Positions 11,966 through 23,190 of a DNA stretch of 64,000 nucleotides are shown here, piece after piece. The notes below the pieces were generated by a model that saw only the letters and a program-made list of their open reading frames with translations, was not told the origin of the DNA and ran no database searches. The DNA is from Eledone cirrhosa (lineage: Eukaryota): assembly GCA_964016885.1 (NCBI GenBank), contig OZ024740.1:1116001-1180000 (forward strand). Reading direction: 5' to 3'. The stretch's first letter is position 1, and the number at the start of each line of letters is the position of its first letter. Made by a program: the position numbers and the translations under genes.

Positions 11966-12524
11966 CTGTAAAATGATCAGATGGCAAAAGTTGGGCAGTC
12001 TGCTGTTTCTTGTTATGTAATTCTACCAGAATCTCTTCAGGAGCCTTCGAGATGTTGGTCGAGGCAGTGTTGATCTGGTTCTCTATCAGTGTGGGTGTAA
12101 TTCCAGTGATGTCCGAGTAGAGACTGTCATAGTTGAGATGTTGGTGGGCTCGGTTGTTGTAGGCCTCTCTGGTAATAACACAAAACTATTTTCCCTTGTC
12201 CGATGAGAGGTATACAAGGTTCTTAGATCTGAGGTTAAATTAGGGTAGCGAGTTGTGGTCTGGAGAGTTTGTGGTGAGTATGTGTGTGTTTTTGTAGGAT
12301 CTCGAGAATAAACACTCACAGTTAAAACTTACCATGACTAACATCCTACAAAAACACACACATACGCCCCACAACCTCTCCAGAGGTGAAAGCAGTGATT
12401 CTTTGCTTAAACTTTAATCTGTTCTTATAATATATATATATAACCAAGTGGAAAGATATATACATATATCTTTTCACTTGGTTATATATACAGAGAGAGA
12501 AAGAGCCAAATATCGTGTAAGATA

Positions 12525-13276
<752 letters not shown>

Positions 13277-13283
<7 letters not shown>

Positions 13284-14180
13284 AATTATGTCTCATATAA
13301 AATAATACGACTGGCTTTCCGCAAAATTCATATAGTTAGCACCCCAAACGTAAAATTGGGATTATACTAAGGTATATCCTATTGTTTGTTGAGATAGTTG
13401 GTAGCCAGTCAGAGTATACCTTAAAGCTTTCTCTGTTAATGTATTGAATATTATACTCTTGATTTGGCCTGAGATGAATATTTCCAGATACCTTTTAAGC
13501 GTAACTTTCCGTATTTATTATTACTATGAAATATTGATCGTTATTCTGGTATCATATCTCTGTTTTTAGCCTAAGAAAATACCTATATGCGTGTATAAAT
13601 AATACATGCATACATTTATTTTTTAAAAATCTAATTGAGTTCTTCACACGCAGGGTTAAAATTGTTGAAAAAATTAATTGACCCGCGTGTAAATTATTTT
13701 ACTTTCTTGTGTTTCGCGAGGACCTCCCCTTTCCGCTTCATGACGCTGTGAGATTCCTCATTCTGAGACTGCTGGAATTTCAAATTTGGCGGTCATTCTG
13801 ATACGGAGGGAGACCATCGCTGACATGGGATTAAGCATCGGTAAGAGAGTTTTTTTATATCGATGTTTGACGGGCATCCACTGATGATTTATAAGTGCTC
13901 ACCTGCATATATTCCTACGAATGTGTGAAGGCTTCTACATAACCCGGACACATTCTCCCAACTTGTAGATAACTTATAATGAAACAATTGTTTGGAAAAG
14001 GAGATATATTTTAATTATATCTCATATAAAATAATACTACTGGCCTTCCGCAAAATACATATAGTTAGCACCCCAAACGTAAAATTGGGATTATACTAAG
14101 GTATATCCTAATGTTTGTTGAGTGAGTTGGTAGCCAGTCAGGGTATAGCTTAAAGCTTTCTCTGTTAATGTATTGAGTAT
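13277..14180 (+). mobile_element. Family-E retrozyme-like element: 729-bp monomer plus ~175-bp terminal direct repeat
   Basis: 13277-13451 is repeated at 14006-14180; flanked by (TA)n; one hammerhead inside. Confidence 0.75.
13877..13996 (+). ncRNA. Type I hammerhead ribozyme with 93-nt branched stem II
   Basis: tcca-CTGATGA-t-ttataagt...acttataa-t-GAAA-caattg-TT-tgga. Confidence 0.8.
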
Positions 14181-14185
14181 ATATA

Positions 14186-14227
<42 letters not shown>

Positions 14228-14235
14228 ATTTGGTT

Positions 14236-14325
<90 letters not shown>

Positions 14326-14334
14326 GTTGTTATG

Positions 14335-14395
<61 letters not shown>

Positions 14396-14491
14396 TTGTG
14401 TATGGTTGTTATGGCTCTAGATAAAGTCTACTGAGCTTCCTTATTGAGAAACACAAAATTCTAAACATATTTGATGTTATATACTCAAATA

Positions 14492-14882
14492 ATTGTTTCT
14501 ACTTTTGGCACAAGGCCATCAATTACCCAGTACATTACTGGTACTTTATTTTATCGACCCCGTAAGGATGAAAGGCAAAGTTAACCTCGGCAGGATTTGA
14601 ACTCAGAATGGCAAGGGCCGTAACTCTATGCGTCAAAGGATGGCGTCCGACCCTCTACCAATACTGCCAATCCACCGCCCTATTATATACTCAAATGTGG
14701 ATTGGCAGTATCGGTAGAGGGTCGGACGCCATGCTTTGACGCATAGAGTTACGGCCCTTTCCATTCTGAGTTCAAATCCCGCCGAGGTCAACTTTCCCTT
14801 TCATCCTTATGGGGTCGATAAAATAAAGTACCAGTAATGCACTGGGTAATTGATGGCCTTGTGCCAAAAGTAAAAACAATTA
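14492..14882. mobile_element. Head-to-head inverted pair of Meta-type SINEs
   Basis: 14492-14680 (-) and 14697-14882 (+) are near-perfect reverse complements. Confidence 0.85.
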
Positions 14883-14887
14883 TTTGA

Positions 14888-14953
<66 letters not shown>

Positions 14954-15011
14954 ATGTATATATATATATATATATTTTGTTTGTTTACACTCGTGTCCCC
15001 TTTATTTACGT

Positions 15012-15113
15012 GTCCCAACGACTTTTTTTAGCCGTTGCTCGCACCAACCGGAGGTATATGGTCTTTAAAGCGATGAAATACCAATGATGGTTGGAAGATC
15101 ACTGATGAAGGAC
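15012..15113 (+). ncRNA. Permuted, pseudoknotted hammerhead-core RNA with kink-turn
   Basis: ggta-TA(15057-15058)-tggtct...GAAA(15075-15078)-tacc...agatca-CTGATGA(15102-15108); helices covary with 8734-8834. Confidence 0.75.
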
Positions 15114-15641
15114 TAACTTTATTCATATGTAACCCATTAGCAACCCAGCAGCACGTTTATTCTCATATTTACACATATTTTTTCCCCCTGCTGTTACCCG
15201 TCTATTTCGTTCTTACTGCTTCCTCTTTCTCTCTATCTTTACCCTCTCTAGCAGTCACTCTCTCTGTTAGCCTCTTCCTCACCCTTCACTCACTCATTCT
15301 CCGTTACTCCTCCTCCTCCTTCTTCCCGTTTGACCTGTGCGTAATTCTTTTCTTTCGCACGCTTGGCCAGGCCGGTCGGCATTTTTTCTCTCTCTCGTCT
15401 ACGATTTCACAGAACTTATGTTTACCGAATTCACAGACTAGACCCCTTCTTCCTCCCGTTAGACCTGTGCGAAATTCCTTCCTTGCTCACATTTCAACCA
15501 GGTTTGATGGTCTTTATTCTCTCTCGTTCACGATTTCACCGAATTTAAATTCATAGGAATTTGGGACTTGACTTCTTCTTCCTCACTTTTCGTTGCTTCA
15601 CCATTTTTGTTTGTTTACACTCGTGTCCCCTTTATTTACGT

Positions 15642-15743
15642 GTCCCAACGACTTTTTTTAGCCGTTGCTCGCACCAACCGGAGGTATATGGTCTTTAAAG
15701 CGATGAAATACCAATGATGGCTGGAAGATCACTGATGAAGGAC
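15642..15743 (+). ncRNA. Second copy of the permuted hammerhead-core RNA
   Basis: Same as 15012-15113 except ggctgg for ggttgg. Confidence 0.72.
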
Positions 15744-15755
15744 TAACTTTATTCA

Positions 15756-15787
<32 letters not shown>

Positions 15788-15914
15788 AACATGATAGTCA
15801 CGGCTGGAACAACTTTAATTATAAGTCTGCTCAATCATACTAACATTGGATTTAAATTGAGCAAAGTTGGAGTTGTCTCCCTTGGTACTTTACTACGTTA
15901 CGTTTGTTTATATA

Positions 15915-18760
15915 TATCATCATCATCATCTTCAACATTATCATTTAACGTTCATTTTTATCACACCTGCATGGGTTAAATAGGTTGTCACGTTATTAGA
16001 CATGTCAGGTGTGGAGACCAGGTCTCATATGGAGGTGTATTTTGGTATGGTTTCTAAGGCAGGATGCCCTTCTTAACACGAAACACATTATAATGTGGAC
16101 TGCACACTTTTGTATGACCACCTTACAGGATGAACTGGGTGTTTTTATTGTTGTAGCATCAACAAGGTGTGAGGGATATTTAGCAGGTGAGGGCAGGGTC
16201 TTATGAATGGGGAGGGGTGAAGAGAAGATTGGTGAAGACTAGTGAGTTCTCTACATGTTTGTATTATTTCATTTTCAGCACATGGTAAGGGGGGGTCTTC
16301 TACAGAACAGCATGACGCGCCAGAGGTCTCGATCCTGTGACATTTCCATTGAGCGGTTTAATTGGGCAAGGTGAGCTTTTATTATTTCATCCCAAGCTTT
16401 CCTGGGTCTTCCTCTTTCATAGTTAACATCGACTTTGACAACCCTGCACCTTGTTATACAGCTGTCATCTTCCATATACGTCGCATGTCCAAACCACCAC
16501 AATCTCCTCTCCTCTACATTGCATCTGACCTCTCTTATACCTAGTTTCTCTCTCAGTTTATTAATGCTTGTTGTTCATGCACACTATTACACATCTATCA
16601 GATCCTGTAAACTTCATTTCTTTCCAGTCTTTATAGGTCCTCTGAATATATTGCCCTGGTCTCACTTCAATGTAACATTGCTGTTCGTACACAGACTTCA
16701 TACAATCTGCCTTTGACTTTCAGGGGAAATCATTTTGTAGGCAGCAGTAGTAGTAGCTCCTTAAACTTTTACCATCCCATTCTCACTCGGGCTACTGTAC
16801 CTTCAGAACACCCACCTCCACTGTTAATTTGGTCATCTAGTTAACAGAAATTATGAACTGGTTTCTACAGAGCCTTCTGGACATTTAACCCTTTAGCATT
16901 TAAACCAGCCATACCTAGCCAGAATACTCTCACATCTTTCTGTTCAAACAGGCATAACTTGCCACTCATACCGACATTAAGGTATTGTTCTCAATATAAA
17001 TAATATAAATAATATCAAAATCTCATAGATTCGATATTATGTAAGATAAAGCCGTTACCACAAAAATGCAATAGTATATACAGAGTAATGTAAATGCTAA
17101 AGAGTAGCTTGTTTTTTTGTGAGCTCTTGCTACTTATTGCTCTTGTGCATCAAGCACATACAAAACTTACATTCTTTTGCCAACCTCACTGAGATCCAAA
17201 TACATCTCTTGTTTATCCATAGTTTGGAATTTCTACCTACTCCTTTCCTTTAGACTGAGCAAGGCCATTTTCTTGAGGGGATATAGACCCTGTTTTCCTT
17301 TCTATTTTGCCAAGTTAACTTTAAGACATTTTCATTCTAGGCCATGCTTCCAGGTTTGGAATTTCTCCTCTAATTTTACCATAGATTAAGTGACAAAAGT
17401 TCAATCATGTGCATACAGGAGTTCCCATGGACAGCCAGTCTTAAACTCTTATGTAATAGCCTGCAGGATGATAATAAACAGAAGAGGGTTAATAACAGAG
17501 CCCTGATAGACTTGCTCACTCAATTCCTCACTATAGCCATCATTACTTTTAACCTTACTGACTGCTCCTCCATACATGGCTTTTACTGCTCTCACAAGCC
17601 ACTCATATACCCCTAGTTTTCTAAGTTACACACCAGATTATGGAACGGGGAATTCTCACAGAAGCTGTCTCTGGGTCAACAAATGCCAAGTATAGGGGCT
17701 AATTTTAGCTAGGTACTGCTCTTGCAGTTGCCACACAAGGAAGAGGACATCAGTGGTACTTTTACCTGGCACAAATCCAAACTTCATCTCATCTAGGTTA
17801 ACTTGGTCCCTAATCAGCTGTGTTATAACTTTAACACCTTCGTGAACTGGTCCATCTAATGTCTCTATAGTTTTCTAGCTCTAGTACATCTTCTTTGTCC
17901 TTGTAGCAGTTGATGATGATGATACTACATCATTTATTTGGTATGACACCATTTTGTATTACATGCTGTACGATACCAGTGGTTAAGATGTGACCCACCA
18001 TCCCAGATACTTTCAGTATCTCAGCAACTATCACCAATGGACAAGATACTTTCTCTATCTTCATATCCTTAATTACCTTACTACACTACTGCTTACTTGT
18101 ATGGCTGGACCCTCTGTTGAGCCCACTTTCAGTAGACTATCTTCCGCCCATGCATTCTCCTCATTCAGTAATCTTTCATAAAGGCATTTCCATGTTACAA
18201 AGATTGGCTGAAAAGTTCATAGACTATCAATGATAGCATGATGCTAGAGCTGTGAAATCTTGCCTGCAGTAATTTCAACTTTTCTTATTAATAACTGCAT
18301 TGTTTCCTACCAGGGACTATGTTGAAAAATAAACCTCATTTGGTCATTCCATGAGTGTATCTTGGTCTTCCTATGAACTTTTCAGCTGACCCTATTCAGC
18401 ATCAGTGAGGGCAAATGCCCCATTATCATCCTGGACACACTTTACCCCAACATCACAATTTTCCCTCACACACTGCCTCACAATCCTGAACATCTCATGT
18501 ATTTCATCCTCACATCATAAAACCAACTGAAATTATATATTCTCTGCTTCCCTCCTTGCAAAGAATACTTCTTGCCTAGCTTCCTGGTAGTGTACCCTCC
18601 AGCTTCCCACATCCTGCCATTATTCCATGCCTGTCTCTTAGTCTTAACTGTCTTATCTACCCTAGTGCTTCACCACCAAGTAACTCTCCTTCTCTCTGAA
18701 GCCCTGCTCCAGCCACAGATCTAGTTTGACACCTTCAGAAAAGTTTCTTTGAGGAACTCC
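15915..18760 (-). mobile_element. Old degenerate RTE-clade LINE
   Basis: ORF piece WWFGH..MEDDSCITRCR..GRPRKAWDEII and a FKTGCPWELL region at ~17420-17450 match the 46187 ORF; (cat)n tail at ~15917. Confidence 0.8.
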
Positions 18761-18761
18761 C

Positions 18762-18813
18762 ACCGTGCAACGCCGGGTACCACTGGTAGTATATATATAA
18801 AACTGAGGATATC

Positions 18814-18844
<31 letters not shown>

Positions 18845-20628
18845 TTGAATCACTAAAACTCCAGAAGCACCAAACCAACTGTTTTCAAACTTTACACATG
18901 TAATACTTATGTTTCAAGGAGTGTTCTGAGCAAAACAAATTTCAAATTTTCAATGCCCTAGGGACCGCATTAGGCGATTTAGCGATCTCGCTCTATAATT
19001 CTTAGTCTTTCTCTTTTTAGACAGATACATACATATAACGTCGCGCCCTTATAATATCTGTCTGCGTGTCTGTCTGTCTGCATTACGTCACTTCCTTGCG
19101 GATGTGTGTGTGTGTGTGTCTGTGTCTGTGAGTTTGAATCCCTAAAACTCGAGAAGTACCCAACCGATTCTTTTCAAACTTTACATGTGTATTACTTATG
19201 TTTCAGGGAGTGTTAAGCAGATAAAAAAATTCAACTGCGTTTTTAAACATTTTTAGGGGTTTTTTGTAGCATTACGTCAGATCGATTTCTTTGAAATTGT
19301 AACTATGTATTAGTCAGTCTCTTCTTCATACCGTAAGCAAAGAAAATCCAACTCTATTATGACCTAGGACCCGCATTATGTGAAAAACTTCATTTTTTCA
19401 GCTTCTTAGGGCTTCTTGGAGGCGTTAGGTCTAGCCGATTTTCCCGAGATTTCAAGGCATATTATGCACATAAAATAAATTCATTTTCTTGTCCCCTAGG
19501 GCCCGCATTAGGTGAAAACCTGCATTTTTCCTGCTTCATCGAGAAAAATCTTAAAGATTATCCAGCCATCAGAGTATTCGGTTTATTTTCTTTACATATT
19601 GTCCAGGCATGCAGTTTTTCCACGATTAGGTCTATTGGCAGCCCGCGTTCCAAATTACCTTATCCCGTGCAACGCCGGGTACTACTGCTAGTATATATAT
19701 AAAACTGAGGATGTCTGTCTGTGTGTGTGTGAGTTTGAATTTCTAAAATTCGAGAAGCACCAAACCGACTGTTTTCAAACTTTACACATGTAATACTTAT
19801 GTTTCAGGGAGTGTTCTGAGCAAAACATATTACAAATTCTCTATGCCCTAGGGACCACATTAGGCGATTTAGCGATCTCTTTCTATAATTCTTAGTCTTT
19901 CTCTTTTTAGATAGATACATATAACGTCGCGCGCTTATAATATCTGTCTGTATGTCTGACTGTCTGCATTACGTCACTTCCCTGACAATGTCTGACTGTG
20001 TGTGTGTGTGTGTGTCTGTGAGTTCGAATCCCTAAAACTCGAGAAGTACCCAACCGATTTTTTTCAAACTTTACATGTGTATTACTTTTTGATCATCTAG
20101 AGCCCGCATTAGGTGAAAAACTGCGTTTTTTCAGATTTTTAATGGGTTTTTTGGGCGTTATTTCCTTGAAATTGTAACTATGTATTAGTCAGTCTCTTCT
20201 TCATACCGCGAACAAAGAAAATCCAACTTTTTTATGGCCTAGGGCCCGCATTAGGTAAAAAACTTCATTTTTTCAGCTTTTTAGGGCTTTTTGGAGGCGT
20301 TACGTATAGCCACTTTTCTCGAAATTTCAAGGCATATTATGCACATAAAAAAAATTATTTTCTTGAATTCCTAGGGTCTACATTTTTCCTGCTTCATCGA
20401 GGAAAATCTTAAAGATTATCCAGCCATCAGAGTATTCTGTTTATTTTCTTTACATATTGTCCAGGCATGCAGTTTTTCCACGATTAGGTCTATTGGCAGC
20501 CCTCGTTCCAAAATACCTTATCCCGTGCAACGCCGGGTACCACTGCTAGTATATATATATAAAACTGAAGATGTCTGTTTGTGTGTATGTGTGAGTTTGA
20601 ATCCCTAAAACTCGAGGAGCACCAAACT
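18762..20628 (+). mobile_element. Tandem array of non-autonomous Helitrons (end fragment, units 18790-19691 and 19692-20549, partial 20550-20628)
   Basis: Junction ccgtgcaacgccgggtac.actg(c/g)TAG|tatatatataaaactga.gat occurs three times. Confidence 0.85.
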
Positions 20629-20639
20629 GTACTTTATGG

Positions 20640-21130
20640 TCGTCATGTTGGGGACATATCAAAAGAACCCAGTCCACCCTGTAGAGTAGGTTTGGTAGCG
20701 ACACAAACCTCTAGCCCCCAATAACGTGATGGTGACACCACAATATACGCCCACCCAAAACTTGGTGACAAGATGAAAAGCGTCGAGCCGACACAGTAAA
20801 GTGGTCGTGTTGTTGACGTGATAAAACGTTCCCAGTCCACACTGTAATTTGGTCATTTTGGTGCTACGACAAAAGGCGCCCACTCCATACTGTAATCTGG
20901 TCACGTTGGTAACACGACAAAAAGCGCCGAGTTCACGCTGTAAAGTTGTCGTTTTGGAGCCATGATAAAAACGCTCAGTCTCCACACTGAAAATTGCGTT
21001 AAAAGGGAAGACGTAGAGACCAAGCTAGAAACAGTTCTGTATGAGCAAGACACAGTCATCTGATCCCACAATAGGGCAATTAGTCTGACCCATGCTGGCG
21101 TGGCGTTAAACAGTGATAAGGATGATGACA
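20640..21130 (+). repeat. Diverged ~55-bp repeats of RTE/SINE 3' UTR type
   Basis: Repeated acgacaaaa..cccagtccacactgtaa motif, as in 48800-48900; ends gttaaac..gatgatga. Confidence 0.5.
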
Positions 21131-21254
21131 CACAGACCACGTGATGTAGTAAACTACCAGGGGAGATAACTCCACTTTAGCTTTATATAAATATCGCCTG
21201 AGAATGATTGAATAATCCTTTATTTAAAGTTGTTCCAGCTGTGACCATCACGTT

Positions 21255-21310
<56 letters not shown>

Positions 21311-21405
21311 TAGCAGCCAAATAGCCCTCTAGCTCTAAATAAACATTGGCCATATCCTGCAATTTAGTCACACATAAACACACACACGTGTATGTATATA
21401 TACAT

Positions 21406-21466
<61 letters not shown>

Positions 21467-21469
<3 letters not shown>

Positions 21470-22165
21470 GTTATTCCGGGTTGAATCGGTGGTAACCACA
21501 GTAAGTAAGGTACTCAATACATAGCAGAGTATAAAAGTTTTAATATAGATGAGATTCTACAGGACTAGAACTGTTTCATTCTTTAGAAATCATCAGGAAT
21601 CTGGGTATCAAAAAATAAAAAATAAAAATGGTATTTATAGGTCTCTACAAGTGGTAGGAGAGGGTGGGGAGTGGGATGGGTGTAGGTCATTGGTTGATAG
21701 AAAAGGGAATTCATTAAAAGCTAATTCTACAAAGCTATAGTTTATTTTTATTTATTTATGTTTTTAGAGTAACAAAGGCAGACAGAATTCTATAAACAGG
21801 TTCCGGATGGCATACCATTCCTTGTCATTAAGTTTCTAAGAAACTTTTTTTTACATAGTTAGACGGTCTAATAAGGATGTTGATAAGGTACGTCAATTTA
21901 TGTGTTATATGCAACAAACGTCTAACTATGTAGTTATTTTAAAAAAATGTATTTCTTTCAACACACAATGTCATTTTGCGTACACACAATACACAAAAAA
22001 AGAAAAAGAAAAAATAATCACACACGCAATACTAATTAACACCATATCACTATAGAGACCTGTTGTAAATAAACAAACTGTATCGTAACTGTCACTGTAA
22101 AAAAAAAAAACACATTCACTTGTCAGAAAATATACTTTCATTATCTAAGACGTTAAACTTAACCT

Positions 22166-22170
<5 letters not shown>
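21467..22170 (-). mobile_element. Family-A pLTR/3' UTR fragment with intact type I hammerhead (21552-21602)
   Basis: Minus strand agattc-CTGATGA-tttctaaagaat-GAAA-cag..ctg-TA-gaatct. Confidence 0.75.
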
Positions 22171-22242
<72 letters not shown>

Positions 22243-23190
22243 AGATCAAAAGATGGTTAAAGGAGTTCCATGTATTTTATTATGCGCATTTCAAAAACAA
22301 ACATCATCATGCAATAATATTTGTGTTTTCATCAGATAAAACAGGAGAACATGATATGAAGGCTAAAAAACATTTGTGGATAGTGCAGTTTTAAATCTAC
22401 ATATGAAAAGTGGTTTTAGATTGATGTGTGATATTGGGAAAAATATTTTATTTAGAGAGGGGGGGGTGAAAAAGGGGGGGGTGAAAAAGGGGGAGGAGAT
22501 GAGAGGGAGAGATGGGTGATAGAGAGAAAGAGATAGCTTTTATAACTGAGAGGAGATATACTGTCCCACACAGAGAGGTTGAAAACCGTTGGAAGATAAT
22601 GTATAAACCCCAAAAAATTTTTGAAAATCAACGAAAGGAGGATATGTGCGAGGAAAAAGTATTTTATTTAAGGAGGGGGGCTGGAAAGGATGAAAAAAAG
22701 GGGGAGGAGATGAGAGTGAAGGTGGAGATGGAGAGATGGGCGATAGAGAGAAAGAGATAGTTTTTATAACTGAGAGAAAGATACATTGCCTTACACAGAG
22801 AGGTTGAGAAACCGTTGGAAGATAATGTATAAATTAAAGGAATTTGAAAATTAACGAAGGGAATTTATGTATGAAGATAGAGAGAAGAAATAATAATTGT
22901 GGATGAATATTCTAACGTCAAAAAAAGGGTATGTTGTGGCAATTTCAAAATTAACGAAGAGAAAAATTATTAAGGTTTGTGTGTAGAAGGATTTGAGAAA
23001 AATAATGTGAAGTTAAAGTTTGTATATTGGAGGAATTGATAATATATGCGAATAGAGTTAATATGTATTAAGAATGAGTTCGTTGATGGGGAGAAAAAAA
23101 AAAAAAAAAAAAAAACTTGCTCCTTAACGGTTGAGCGCTTACTCTCATATTGGATACCTTTTGATGGTCCTTCACCTCTTCTTCTACAAC

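Larger units (their letters stand above)
14975..15758 (+). mobile_element. Family-D retrozyme-like element: 630-bp monomer with 154-bp terminal direct repeats, each carrying the permuted hammerhead
   Basis: 14975-15128 equals 15605-15758 (one substitution seen); pyrimidine-rich interior; flanked by (TA)n. Confidence 0.8.

Noticed and set aside
15060-15113. Box C/D snoRNA or SECIS reading of the family-D motif (gcGATGA..CTGA)
   Set aside because: Too short for guide regions and lacks the SECIS apical AA spacing; the hammerhead-core fold explains more invariant bases and the covariation.
15780-21260. Inverted similarity 15780-15897 / 21145-21257 as termini of a large DNA transposon
   Set aside because: The copies are strongly diverged, with no target duplication or transposase; more likely two copies of an old repeat.
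22512-22760. 82-aa ORF present in both arms of element 1
   Set aside because: It is antisense to a low-complexity pyrimidine-rich 3' UTR and is duplicated only because the arm is.
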